Part shown: positions 21,872 through 31,318 of the stretch, in pieces
How positions within the stretch are numbered: the stretch's first letter is position 1
How the letters are laid out: the number at the start of each line of letters is the position of its first letter
Source: an uncultured Candidatus Rokubacteria bacterium
GTDB taxonomy: Bacteria > Methylomirabilota > Methylomirabilia > Rokubacteriales > DASRDR01
Assembly: GCA_963804185.1 (NCBI GenBank)
Contig: CAWDPM010000018.1
Coordinates: forward strand, 156,848 to 220,847
Reading direction: 5' to 3'
DNA length: 64,000 nt
Program-made: the position numbers and the translations under genes
The notes under the pieces: generated by a model
What the model saw: the letters and a program-made list of their open reading frames with translations, nothing else
What the model was told of the DNA's origin: nothing
Database searches by the model: none

Positions 21872-21940
21872 CGTGAGCCGTCAACGACGCCCGGAGCGCG
21901 AGGTGGGGATGGGCGCGCCGTTGAGGACCGCCTCCCGTGC

Positions 21941-22297
21941 TCAGGCTTCGACCAGGACCTTGTATCCGCCGTAGGCCATGCGCTTCATGTCGAAGGGCAT
22001 CGACGTCGGGTCCATGTCCGCCAGGCGCTTGTCCTTCATGACCTTCGCGTTGACGCGGTCGCGATGCGCCCGCGACTTGAACACGATCCAGGAGAACACC
22101 ACCGTCTCGCCGGGCTTGGCCTTGACGACCCGCGGGAATGGTGTCCCCCACTTCGCCTTGAGGTCGTCGCCGACGCACTCCCGGTACTCCAGGGCGCCGT
22201 GCTCCCGCCAGATCTTTCCGGCCTTCCGGGCGATGCGCAGGTAGATCTGAAGCTTCCTCTTCGGCACCGGCAACACGTACCCATCGACATAGCGCAT
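21941..22297 (-). CDS. DUF1428 family protein
   Basis: MRYVDGYVLPVPKRKL...MPFDMKRMAYGGYKVLVEA is typical of the small DUF1428 family. The start is chosen at the internal ATG (cat at 22295-22297). Confidence 0.6.
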   Translation of the reverse strand: MRYVDGYVLPVPKRKLQIYLRIARKAGKIWREHGALEYRECVGDDLKAKWGTPFPRVVKAKPGETVVFSWIVFKSRAHRDRVNAKVMKDKRLADMDPTSMPFDMKRMAYGGYKVLVEA

Positions 22298-22335
22298 GGA
22301 ATCCTCCACGGTAGGGGTGAGCGTGGCGCGCGCCG

Positions 22336-22593
22336 CTACGGCTGTCCGAGGTCCAGGATCGGGTGCACCTCGACGCGCTCTGGGCGCGCCAGCGTGATCC
22401 TCGAGGCCACCCGGATCGCCTCGTCGCGATCCAGCTTCCCGTCCCGGATGCGGAGCGACGTGGCCACATCCACCGGCTGGAGAGCCTCGGCTGCAAGGTG
22501 GATGAGGCATTCGTCCATCACGGTGGCCGACTCGCTCCCGGTCAGGGCGTCGCGCTTCCTCGCCTCAAGGTACACCAGGCACACGCACTTCAC
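22336..22593 (-). CDS. YciI-like (DGPF domain) protein, shortened variant with an apparent in-frame internal deletion
   Basis: N-terminus MKCVCLVYLE...ALQPVDVATSLRIRDGK and C-terminus DEAIRVASRI..ARPERVEVHPI match the YciI family. The central approx. 22 aa (DGPF/ETKEQLGG core) are missing when compared with the paralogue at 24412. Confidence 0.5.
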   Translation of the reverse strand: MKCVCLVYLEARKRDALTGSESATVMDECLIHLAAEALQPVDVATSLRIRDGKLDRDEAIRVASRITLARPERVEVHPILDLGQP

Positions 22594-22783
22594 TCGTCCT
22601 ACATAGTCGTTCGGCGCGCGCCGAATCGACCGGGACCCGAGCGCGAAGGGGCCGCCAGGATGGAGCCCGCGGGGGGCACGTGGTCACGCCGTTCTGACGC
22701 GATCGGACCTCGACGGAGACGTCGACCCCGACCACGCCGGAGCCCTGACCGGGCGGCGTGGGCTGTCGATCTCGGTCGACCCG

Positions 22784-22819
22784 TTCGACTATACAGTAGT
22801 GGTCGACTGTACAGTGGTG
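22784..22819. promoter_or_regulatory. Tandem 18-bp direct repeats with an embedded perfect palindrome, in a divergent promoter region
   Basis: The repeats are TCGACTATACAGTAGTGG and TCGACTGTACAGTGGTGG. The second contains the 10-bp palindrome ACTGTACAGT. Two further TCGA(C/T) half-sites lie 10 and 20 bp upstream, with helical periodicity. The region lies 80-120 bp upstream of the BNR gene. Confidence 0.3.
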
Positions 22820-22900
22820 GGAGGCGCCCATGTGGGTGCGTGGCATCGGCCGGGGCGCTGACCGGCCGAGAATCTCCAGACGCTCAGGAAGGAGCGAGGG

Positions 22901-24088
22901 ATGAGCGACGTACGGGTACTGGTCGGCACGCGCAAGGGGGCATTCGTCCTGACGGCGGACGCGAAGCGCCAAGGGTGGGACATCACCGGCCCCCACTTCG
23001 CGGGCTGGGAGATCTATCACCTGAAAGGATCGCCGGCTGACGCGAATCGGCTGTATGCGTCGCAGTCCAGCGGCTGGTTCGGGCAGATCATTCAGCGCTC
23101 GGACGACGGCGGCAAGACGTGGTACCAACCGGGAACACCCCCCGGCGAACCGACCGTCACCCCGGAGGGCATGCCCAAGGCCGAGAGCAACAAGTTCGTC
23201 TACGACACGTCTCCCGAAACCGGCAAGCCGCTCACCACCCACCAGTGGTACGACGGCACGCCGCATCCGTGGGAGTTCAAGCGAGTCTGGCATCTCGAGC
23301 CATCGCTGACCGATCCGGACACCGTCTACGCCGGGGTCGAGGACGCCGCCCTGTTCCGCTCCACCGACGGCGGGCAGACGTGGCTGGAGCTCGCCGGCCT
23401 CCGCGGGCACGGCTCGGGACCCTCCTGGCAGCCGGGCGCCGGTGGCATGTGCTTGCACACGATCCTTCTGGATCCAGGCAATCCCGAACGCATCTTCGTC
23501 GCCATCTCGGCGGCGGGCACGTTCCGCACCGACGACGCCGGCAAGACGTGGCGCCCGATCAATCGGGGCCTCCATTCCCAGTACATCCCGAACCCCACTG
23601 CCGAGGTCGGCCACTGCGTTCACCGCATCGCGATGCACCGATCGCGCCCGGGCGTGCTGTTCATGCAGAAGCACTGGGACGTCATGCGCAGCGACGACGC
23701 CGGCGAGTCGTGGCGGGAGATCAGCGGCAACCTGCCGACCGACTTCGGGTTCCCGATCGACGTGCACGCGCACGAGCCGGACACCATCTACGTCGTCCCG
23801 ATCAAGAGCGACTCGGAGCACTATCCGCCCGAGGGCAAGCTGCGCGTGTACCGCAGTCGGACGGGCGGGAACGAGTGGGAGGCGCTCACGAAGGGGCTGC
23901 CGCAGCGCGACTGCTACGTCAACGTGTTGCGTGACGCCATGGCCGTCGACGCGCTCGATCCGTGCGGCGTGTACTTCGGGACCACCGGGGGGCAGGTGTA
24001 CCTCTCGGCGGACGCCGGGGACAGCTGGGCGCCCATCGTCCGAGATCTTCCGTCTGTGGTGTCCGTCGAGGTCCAGACGCTTCCATGA
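22901..24088 (+). CDS. BNR/Asp-box repeat protein (sialidase/Ycf48-like beta-propeller)
   Basis: Five SxDxGxTW Asp-box repeats: [33 protein letters not shown] and SADAGDSW. Confidence 0.75.
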   Translation: MSDVRVLVGTRKGAFVLTADAKRQGWDITGPHFAGWEIYHLKGSPADANRLYASQSSGWFGQIIQRSDDGGKTWYQPGTPPGEPTVTPEGMPKAESNKFVYDTSPETGKPLTTHQWYDGTPHPWEFKRVWHLEPSLTDPDTVYAGVEDAALFRSTDGGQTWLELAGLRGHGSGPSWQPGAGGMCLHTILLDPGNPERIFVAISAAGTFRTDDAGKTWRPINRGLHSQYIPNPTAEVGHCVHRIAMHRSRPGVLFMQKHWDVMRSDDAGESWREISGNLPTDFGFPIDVHAHEPDTIYVVPIKSDSEHYPPEGKLRVYRSRTGGNEWEALTKGLPQRDCYVNVLRDAMAVDALDPCGVYFGTTGGQVYLSADAGDSWAPIVRDLPSVVSVEVQTLP

Positions 24089-24381
24089 TCCGAGTCGTGC
24101 TCCCGGCGCATCTCAGGACGCTGGCGCGCGTCGACGGCGAGGTGAAGCTGGACGTCGAGGGGCCGGTCACGCAGCGCTCGGTCCTCGATGCGCTGGAGGC
24201 CCGGTATCCGATGCTGCGCGGGACGATCCGCGACCACGTCACGCAGGAGCGCCGGGCGTTCGTGAGGTTCTTCGCCTGCGAGCAGGATCTGTCCCACGAG
24301 CCGCCAGACACCCTGCTGCCGGAGGCGGTCGCGACGGGCGCCGAGCCGTTCCTGCTCGTTGGCGCGATAGCCGGCGGCTAG
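24085..24381 (+). CDS. MoaD/ThiS/CysO-like ubiquitin-fold sulfur-carrier-type protein (C-terminal GG)
   Basis: 98 aa. The N-terminus [11 protein letters not shown] and the C-terminus [10 protein letters not shown] resemble the CysO/MoaD2 beta-grasp family. Its start ATG overlaps the BNR stop (ATGA). Confidence 0.7.
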   Translation: MIRVVLPAHLRTLARVDGEVKLDVEGPVTQRSVLDALEARYPMLRGTIRDHVTQERRAFVRFFACEQDLSHEPPDTLLPEAVATGAEPFLLVGAIAGG

Positions 24382-24411
24382 TGCCGGCGTGGCGACAACG
24401 GAGGTCGACCC

Positions 24412-24768
24412 GTGAGGTTCATGCTGCTGATCTACCTGGACGAGCAGGCCCTGGACGAAGCGGAGCGGGAGCAGTGCTACCGGGAGTCCATCCAGCTTGC
24501 GCGCGAGATCGAGTCCACCGGGCAGTATCTGGCCTCCGCGCCGCTCTGTCCGACGTCGACGGCGGCCAGCGTCCGGGTCCGGAAGGGCAAGCGTTTCGTG
24601 ACCGACGGCCCGTTTGCCGAGACACGGGAGCAGCTGGGCGGCTACTTCCTGGTCGACGCCAAGGACCGTGACGAGGCGATCGCGATCGCCGAGCGAATTC
24701 CGATGGCGCGCCGGGGCACGGTCGAGGTCCGTCCTGTCATCGAGATTCCGGGTATGCCGCCGGGGTAG
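24412..24768 (+). CDS. YciI-like (DGPF domain) protein
   Basis: MRFMLLIYLDEQ...VRKGKRFVTDGPFAETREQLGGYFLVDAKDRDEAIAIAERIP is the full-length YciI-family pattern. Confidence 0.75.
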   Translation: MRFMLLIYLDEQALDEAEREQCYRESIQLAREIESTGQYLASAPLCPTSTAASVRVRKGKRFVTDGPFAETREQLGGYFLVDAKDRDEAIAIAERIPMARRGTVEVRPVIEIPGMPPG

Positions 24769-24791
24769 GCCCGGAGGCAGGAGGGAGCCCG

Positions 24792-25199
24792 ATGTTGACC
24801 CGCGCGCTGTGGGTTGTCCAGGGACTGCTCGCGCTCCTGTTCCTGTTCGCCGGTGGCGTGAAGCTGGTCATGCCCATCGAGGAGATGACGAGGCAGATGC
24901 CGGTGCCGCTGCCGGGCCTCTTCCTCCGGTTCATCGGCGTGGCCGAGGTGCTCGGCGCAATCGGTCTCATTCTTCCCGGGCTGCTGCGCATCCGGCCGGG
25001 CCTGACACCCCTGGCGGCCGCCGGGCTGGCGATCATCATGATCGGTGCGACGGTGATCACGCTTGCGGCCGGCGATGTCGCACCGGCGCTCATCCCGCTG
25101 ACAGTGGGACTCCTCGCGGCGTTCGTCGCCTACGGCCGGTGGCGGCAGGCGCCGCACGGCGGGTCCTCTCGCCCGTCGACTCTCCGGGCGGCCAGCTAG
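24792..25199 (+). CDS. DoxX family membrane protein
   Basis: Four-helix small membrane protein with the DoxX-like pattern LLALLFLFAGGVKL...GVAEVLGAIGLILPG. Confidence 0.75.
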   Translation: MLTRALWVVQGLLALLFLFAGGVKLVMPIEEMTRQMPVPLPGLFLRFIGVAEVLGAIGLILPGLLRIRPGLTPLAAAGLAIIMIGATVITLAAGDVAPALIPLTVGLLAAFVAYGRWRQAPHGGSSRPSTLRAAS

Positions 25200-25241
25200 G
25201 TCCGGGACCTCGGTCAGCTCGCCGGGCGGCGCGGGAGCCGG

Positions 25242-27443
25242 TCACGGCGCCGCGAAGCGGCGGAGGACGTTGTCGACGACGCGAGAGATGTTGTTCCGGT
25301 AGCCGTTGTGGGAGAGGCTCCCGCAGAAGGTGATCGAGCCAACCGAGAACACGGCCCCGCCGTTCGGCGTCTCGAAGTACACCATGTCGGCCCGGATCAG
25401 CTTCTCGGGCGGGTCGCCGGGCCAGGTCGCGACGTGGGTGAGCCAGTCCTCGGGGACGAGGACGAATCGCGTGAGGTCGTGCTTCTCCGACGAGGCCAGG
25501 ACCACCGCGTGCGGCGGCGTCCCGAGCCGCAGGTCGGCCCGGTCCAGCTCGAAGCCGGCGGCGCCTCCTCCCGAGAGGCCGAAGTCGCCGAGGATCTCGT
25601 CCGGCACGCCCTCGAAGATCCACGAGACGCGGGCGTCCTCCGACGCCGGGAGGCGGCGGTAGTACGACCCCTCGAATGGCCCCTGCGAGGTGAAGCCGAC
25701 GCCGGCCAGCTTCTGGGGTGGCCGCCCGTTGCGGCGCCAGAGCCCTCCGTACTGGCCGTCGAAGCTCATGAAGTACTCGCCGGACTCGGCGGCCCAAGCC
25801 CGGATGCCCCCCTCCGCGCGTCGCACCTCCAGCGCGCCCGGGACCGCGGGATGGGCCGCGACCCGCCAGTAGAAGCCGTTGCCACCGAGATACATCAGCC
25901 GGCCGCCCCGCTCGAGGTAGGCCGTCAGCGCGTCCATCGTCCGGAGGCTCTGGTACTCGGGGTGCGTCGGGGTCAGGACGACCCTGTACCGGGAGAGCAG
26001 TTCGAGACCCTCGGCGTGGAGGTCCTCGTCGGTGACCACGTCGTAGCCGTGGCCCATCCGCTCCAGCCAGTCGAGGAGGTAGAGATCGGCGGGCAGGTGG
26101 CGGACGCCGGACCCCCGCGGGTCCACGTAGGCCAGGAAACCCGATCGGAGGTTCAGGATGGGCCGGAGACGCGAGGAGTATGCGATCCCGCTCCCGTCGC
26201 GGTGGTAGTTGTAGGTGGAGAGCCCGTAGTCCTGGTGCTCGTCGCTCGTCCACGGGCGCGCGCCCCAGGCCGCCACGCGCGCCCGGTACTCGTCGTCGGT
26301 GACCCCTCGCGCGATGTTCGCGTACACGATATAGGTGAAGGTGGGCATCAGCACGCAGATGTCGGCCATCGGCCGGCCGCGCCGCGGGCGGACGAAGAAC
26401 GGGATCATGTCCTCGACGTCGCCCGCGCGCAGGCGCACCGCGTACACGCCGCTTCGAAGCCCGTCCGGCACGGTGTATGTGAAGTCGGTGGCCCACCCTG
26501 AGTCGTAGAGGTCGTCGTCGTGGAAGTGGATGGCGCCATACTCACCGGGCGCGTGGCGCCAGCAGGTTTCCTCGCCCGTCCAGCTCGAGCCCATCATGGC
26601 GCGCGCCGGGAGGTTCACCAGCTCCCCGTGAAGCCCGCTGGGCCCCACGTCCACCGCGCGAGTGCTCGAGGTCTCCCGGCTGAAGTCCCACGCCGCCACC
26701 AGATGGCGGCCGGTGGCTCCGTCCGGCGCGGCAGGGATGGCCGTCTCCGCGAGGGCGATGTCGTAGAGCGCGGGCCCCTCGATCTTGCCGTTGTAGTGAC
26801 CGCCCACCGGGGTGCCGCCCAGCGCGGCGACCAGCAGCGGGGTGCCGCTGTCGAGCTCCGGCGTGAACGCCACGGTGATGGAGTCGCCACCGGCGTCGTC
26901 CGCCCGCACACGAGGAACGAGCGGCGCTTGGCGCACGGCGAGCGTTCGCGTGGCCGCGTCGTACGTGGCCCACACGCGATACCAGGTCCGCGCGAGCAGG
27001 GGCTTGCCGACGTGGACCGCCGCGACGCTCCCGCGGCCGTCCCCGACCAGAGCGCCCGCGCCGCGGTCGTCCACGAAGAGGGCGAATCCGGTGCCCGCGT
27101 TCGGCTCGTGGCGCGCCACGATTCCCTGTCGGCCCTGCCCGGGGGTGGTCGGCCAGATCATCGCGACCAGCGTGAAGCTGTTGAGCCGCCGGAGCGCCGG
27201 CGAGTCGGGCACCCGGAGGTAGGAGCCGAGTGGCACCGGCTGGACGCGAGAGGGATAGCTCGCCGCGAACGGCGCGGCGACGGGCTCCTCCTTGATTCCG
27301 GGGCCCGCCGGATTCGGGTCGCCCGAGATCAAGCGGACCAGGCGGACCTGGTAGGGTATCGCCGCGGTGCTGGACACCTTGAAGGCGATCGTCTCGCCCG
27401 GGGCAACGGAGAAGCGGTCGGCGTAGCCGGTCAGTGGCAGCAT
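25242..27443 (-). CDS. Large protein of the N,N-dimethylformamidase large (beta) subunit-like family (tentative)
   Basis: 733 aa. Recognition of the DmfA2-like / LamG-jellyroll architecture is from memory only, so the call is tentative. No catalytic residues were verified. Confidence 0.45.
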   Translation of the reverse strand: MLPLTGYADRFSVAPGETIAFKVSSTAAIPYQVRLVRLISGDPNPAGPGIKEEPVAAPFAASYPSRVQPVPLGSYLRVPDSPALRRLNSFTLVAMIWPTTPGQGRQGIVARHEPNAGTGFALFVDDRGAGALVGDGRGSVAAVHVGKPLLARTWYRVWATYDAATRTLAVRQAPLVPRVRADDAGGDSITVAFTPELDSGTPLLVAALGGTPVGGHYNGKIEGPALYDIALAETAIPAAPDGATGRHLVAAWDFSRETSSTRAVDVGPSGLHGELVNLPARAMMGSSWTGEETCWRHAPGEYGAIHFHDDDLYDSGWATDFTYTVPDGLRSGVYAVRLRAGDVEDMIPFFVRPRRGRPMADICVLMPTFTYIVYANIARGVTDDEYRARVAAWGARPWTSDEHQDYGLSTYNYHRDGSGIAYSSRLRPILNLRSGFLAYVDPRGSGVRHLPADLYLLDWLERMGHGYDVVTDEDLHAEGLELLSRYRVVLTPTHPEYQSLRTMDALTAYLERGGRLMYLGGNGFYWRVAAHPAVPGALEVRRAEGGIRAWAAESGEYFMSFDGQYGGLWRRNGRPPQKLAGVGFTSQGPFEGSYYRRLPASEDARVSWIFEGVPDEILGDFGLSGGGAAGFELDRADLRLGTPPHAVVLASSEKHDLTRFVLVPEDWLTHVATWPGDPPEKLIRADMVYFETPNGGAVFSVGSITFCGSLSHNGYRNNISRVVDNVLRRFAAP

Positions 27444-27557
27444 GGTCCTCCTCGGCAGCCGGACCGGCTGGGGCCGGTCCGGGGATGAGGGCGCGCCGGG
27501 CGCTCGGTCGTGTCACCGGCGTGGCCGGGGTCAGCGCGCCCCCGGTCGGGGCGAGCG

Positions 27558-28670
27558 TCAGGCGCCCCGGTTGAGAGCCGACTCCGCGATCCGCGGCGGT
27601 GCGACTACAAGGTAGCTCACGAGCCAGCCCACTCCCCCGGCGATTGCGATCGCGCCCGTCCAGAGGTGCACGGACCAGGTCACGCGGGCCCACAGCATGA
27701 TCGCGACGAAGTACAGCAGGTACTGCAGGGCGGGGATTGCGAACGCCACCGCGCGGAACGCGCGGATACGGACGGGCGATGGGCGGAGCCACCAGAGCAC
27801 GGCGTCCCCGACCAGCCCGGCCAGGACGGCGGCGCCAATCAGCGGGTACGGGCCCGTGTCGAGATACTTGTCGTGGATGATCGCCATCAGCGCGACGTTC
27901 ACCGACAGCAAGACGGTGAGACTCCCCAGGGGGAGCGGGCGGCTTCGGAGGACGAACAGCACCAGCCCGGTCAGGACCGCGGGCTGCACCAGGAACCCGG
28001 CGAGCCCGACCGACTGGTACAGGAACGCCGCCCCCTTGTTCCCGGCGGCGGATGGCTGCGTCACCCACGTCGTCCCGTACGGGCTCGCGTACTCGGTGAA
28101 GAACGTGATGAGGGAGAGGAAGAGGGTGAGGGAGGCGACCATCGGCATCCGCGCGATCCAGCTCTGCGCGGATGGCGGTGGACCGTGGAGTCCGGCGCGA
28201 AGCGGGCCGGTCACCATGAGCCCGCCACCGACGGCGAGGGCGAGATGACTCGGGCTGATGAGGCCTTCGATACCGTCCTCGATTCCGAAGACCACGTGCC
28301 ACAGCATGTCGGCCACACCGGCAACCAGGAAGATGAACACGCCGACGAAGGACACTCCGTAGCCGACCGGCAGGGCGGTCGACCAGGACGCTCCCCGGCG
28401 CGTGTTCCCGTAGAAGACCGCGGCGAGCGCGCCAGCACCGGCGGCGAAGCCCGAGTAGAGAACTGCGTGCCACGGGGTGAAGAACGTCTCGAGCTCCGGC
28501 ACGTGGATGTGCGCCCACCCGTCGAGGTAGAGGCCGCCGAGGAGCCAGGCGCCGAGCGCCACCATCAGCCAGTCGAACCGGACGCCGCTCTCGGGCAGGG
28601 CGGCGCGTCTGGGCGGCTCCAGCATCCCTTCAGTCGACTCGCGTAGGACCGTCACTGAGCGGCTCGCCAT
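27558..28670 (-). CDS. Hypothetical polytopic membrane protein
   Basis: About 10 predicted TM helices; no recognised family. Confidence 0.5.
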   Translation of the reverse strand: MASRSVTVLRESTEGMLEPPRRAALPESGVRFDWLMVALGAWLLGGLYLDGWAHIHVPELETFFTPWHAVLYSGFAAGAGALAAVFYGNTRRGASWSTALPVGYGVSFVGVFIFLVAGVADMLWHVVFGIEDGIEGLISPSHLALAVGGGLMVTGPLRAGLHGPPPSAQSWIARMPMVASLTLFLSLITFFTEYASPYGTTWVTQPSAAGNKGAAFLYQSVGLAGFLVQPAVLTGLVLFVLRSRPLPLGSLTVLLSVNVALMAIIHDKYLDTGPYPLIGAAVLAGLVGDAVLWWLRPSPVRIRAFRAVAFAIPALQYLLYFVAIMLWARVTWSVHLWTGAIAIAGGVGWLVSYLVVAPPRIAESALNRGA

Positions 28671-28952
28671 CGAGGTTCCGCCATGTGGGTCCGATATGTG
28701 TCCGATATGGCCGTAGTGTAACGCGCCACATGAGGGGCCAGTTCCCCTGATGGTCCGCGGTGTGCGGCACCACCGAATCCCGCCAGCGGCGGCTCGCGGC
28801 GGCCCTCGGTGTGTGAATCCTCAGATGGGCGAGCGAAGACGTGCGACCCTCGCTGAAGACGTGCGACCGACGTCGCGCCGCCCGGGCTTGTCCGCACTGT
28901 TTCGCCGGGAGCGGGGAGACTGCGCCTACGGCGCGCTCACGCTTGAGATGAG

Positions 28953-28981
28953 GCTGGCCCGGCGCACGCCGCCGGGCCAGC
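28953..28981 (-). terminator. GC-rich hairpin, candidate terminator for the small-protein gene pair
   Basis: Perfect 13-bp inverted repeat GGCTGGCCCGGCG-cac-CGCCGGGCCAGCC, about 85 bp downstream (minus strand) of the stop at 29066. Confidence 0.4.
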
Positions 28982-29065
28982 CTCGGCCGAGCGCTCCCCG
29001 CGAAGAGGAATAGCCTGCCTGATGCCCGATCTCTGGCCAGGGAGACCGGTGACCGGCTGCTTCGG

Positions 29066-29326
29066 TTACTTTCGGAGCCGGGCCTCGATGCGATCGCCCT
29101 CCTTCAGATCCTGGAGGGTCTCTTTCGACGCCTCGAACTCGTGGGTCTGGCCGTTGCTGGCCCGGATGGTCACGCGCCCCTTGCTCCGGTCGATCTTGAT
29201 CACTTGCCCTTCCACGGTCTGGGGCGTGTTACCCGGGGGGTTCGCGGCTTGCCCGAGCGCGATCCCGCTCCACAGCAGGATCGGGGCGGCAAGGGCGACG
29301 CCGAACCGTGTCCAAATCTTCATCAC
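29066..29326 (-). CDS. Small secreted/periplasmic protein (86 aa)
   Basis: Clear signal peptide (MMKIWTRFGVALAAPILLWSGIALGQAA) followed by a short beta-rich domain. No recognised family. Confidence 0.5.
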   Translation of the reverse strand: MMKIWTRFGVALAAPILLWSGIALGQAANPPGNTPQTVEGQVIKIDRSKGRVTIRASNGQTHEFEASKETLQDLKEGDRIEARLRK

Positions 29327-29336
29327 ACGCCTCCCG

Positions 29337-29558
29337 TCAGTTCTTCTTCATGATGTCGTACACCGCCCCCGCGGCCGCGCCGACACCTGTGCCGATGAGC
29401 GCACCCTTGCCCGCGCCGTAGCCGGTGCCGGCTCCGATCGCGGCGCCAGATCCCGCGCCGACCGCCGCACCGCCGACCGTGCCGCAAGCAGTGATCAGGG
29501 ACGTCGCCAGCGCGAGGCCGGTCAGCGGAGCCATCAAACGAACCCGAGTCTTCGTCAT
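29337..29558 (-). CDS. Glycine-zipper lipoprotein (OsmB/YMGG-like)
   Basis: Lipobox LITAC followed by a Gly-zipper (GAAVGAGSGAAIGAGTGYGAGKGALIGTGVGAAAGA). The start is chosen at MTKTRV. Confidence 0.6.
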   Translation of the reverse strand: MTKTRVRLMAPLTGLALATSLITACGTVGGAAVGAGSGAAIGAGTGYGAGKGALIGTGVGAAAGAVYDIMKKN

Positions 29559-29734
29559 TGGGACCTCCTTCCTTTCCAATCCCTTTGACGGACGATGGGC
29601 AATTTTCATGCCCTCGATCGACCTCCGCTCCCGATCTTCGGTAAGACGTATTTCCGGGTGTTCTTTCGGCAGGGGACGTCAGGCTGTCGTCGCCGCGACA
29701 AGACGACACAGCCGGGAGGCAAGCGGCATGCTCT

Positions 29735-31318
29735 CTAAGCGGTCCGCTCCCGCTCGATCAGCACGCGCCGCAGGACCTTGCCCGATGCTGACTTCGGAAT
29801 CTGGTCGGTGAAGCGCACGTGCCGGATGCGCTTGTGGGGGGCCACCCGCTCGGCGACCCACGCCATCAGCGTGTCGGCGCTGGTCCCGCGCGCAGCGTCG
29901 TCGGGCTTGAGCACCACGTACGCGAGGGGGACCTCACCCGCCTCCTCGTCGGCCTTGCGGATGACCGCGACGTCGAGGACCGCGGCGTGCGTCAGCAGGA
30001 GCGCCTCCAGCTCGGCTGGAGCTACCTGCAGGCCCTTGTACTTGATGAGCTCCTTGGTGCGATCGACGACATAGAACCACCCCTCGTCGTCCACGTAGCC
30101 GACGTCGCCGGTGTGGTACCAGCCCTCCTCGTCGATGGCCTCCGCCGTGTCCTGGGGCCGATTGAGGTAGCCGCGCATGATCTGGGGCCCGCGGATCAGG
30201 AGCTCGCCCGACTGGCGCGCGCCGAGCGCGGCGCCGGTCACGAGATCGACGATCTTCACCTCGGTGTTCGGCACGACCTTGCCGATCGACCCGGGCTTCG
30301 ATGGGGCGCCGACCGTCGGGCTGAGATGGGTGACGGGGCTCGCCTCCGTCATGCCGTACCCCTGGACGACGGGACAGCCCAGCTTCTGTCCGAGCGCGCG
30401 GGCGATCTCCTCCCCGAGCGGCGCCGCGCCCGAGAACACGAGGCGCACGCTCGAGAGATCGAACTGCGCGACCGCCGGGTGCTTCACCAGCCCCAGAACG
30501 ATGGGCGGCACGAGCGGCAGGACGGTCACCCGATGCTTCTGGACGAGGCCCAGAAACTCCACGAGGTCGAAGCGTGGCATCGTCACCACCGTGCTGCCGT
30601 TGGCCAGGCACAGCTTCATGATGACGACGAGGCCGTAGATGTGGAAGAACGGGAGCACCGCCACGACCACGTCGCGCTCGCCGAAGCACTCGAACCCCTG
30701 CATGCCCTCGCACTGCCGGAGATTCGCGACCAGGTGGCGGTGGCTGAGCATGACCCCCTTGGGCAGCCCCGTCGTCCCGCTGGAGTAAGGCAGCGCGACG
30801 AGGTCCCGTCCCGGGTCGATGGCGACAGCGCGCGGGATCGGAGGCGCCTCCAGCAGCTCCGCGAACGGACGGGCGCCCTCCCCGGTCCCGATGACGAAGA
30901 TCTCCTTGATCCCCGTCCGCGCTGCCGCCTCCCTCGCCTTTTCGAGAGCGGCCGGGACCGTGACCAGGAACCGCGCGCCCGAGTCCCTGAGCTGAGTGGC
31001 CAGCTCGTCGGCGGTGTACAGGGGATTGACCGTGGTATTGATCGCGCCGAGCGTCGCCACCGCGTGGAACACCACTGCGTACTCGGCGCAGTTCGGGCTG
31101 TAGATGGCGACCACGTCGCCCTTGCGCAGTCCGTGCTGCGACAGACCGCTCGCGGCGCGGCGCACGGTGTCGGCGAGCTGCCGGTACGTCAGGACGCGGC
31201 CGCTCGGCCCGTCGATGAAGGCTGGCTTGTCGCCGAGGCGCTCGGCGTGCCGCAGGACGTACTCGGTGATGGTGAGCTCGGGGATCGTGACGTCAGGGCT
31301 GCTGCTCCTGATGATCAC
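29735..31318 (-). CDS. AMP-dependent synthetase/ligase (4-coumarate-CoA ligase-like acyl-CoA synthetase)
   Basis: AMP-binding motif YSSGTTGLPKGVMLSH, GYGMTE, and GWYHTGD...KELIKYKG (A8/A10 motifs). Confidence 0.8.
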   Translation of the reverse strand: MIIRSSSPDVTIPELTITEYVLRHAERLGDKPAFIDGPSGRVLTYRQLADTVRRAASGLSQHGLRKGDVVAIYSPNCAEYAVVFHAVATLGAINTTVNPLYTADELATQLRDSGARFLVTVPAALEKAREAAARTGIKEIFVIGTGEGARPFAELLEAPPIPRAVAIDPGRDLVALPYSSGTTGLPKGVMLSHRHLVANLRQCEGMQGFECFGERDVVVAVLPFFHIYGLVVIMKLCLANGSTVVTMPRFDLVEFLGLVQKHRVTVLPLVPPIVLGLVKHPAVAQFDLSSVRLVFSGAAPLGEEIARALGQKLGCPVVQGYGMTEASPVTHLSPTVGAPSKPGSIGKVVPNTEVKIVDLVTGAALGARQSGELLIRGPQIMRGYLNRPQDTAEAIDEEGWYHTGDVGYVDDEGWFYVVDRTKELIKYKGLQVAPAELEALLLTHAAVLDVAVIRKADEEAGEVPLAYVVLKPDDAARGTSADTLMAWVAERVAPHKRIRHVRFTDQIPKSASGKVLRRVLIERERTA

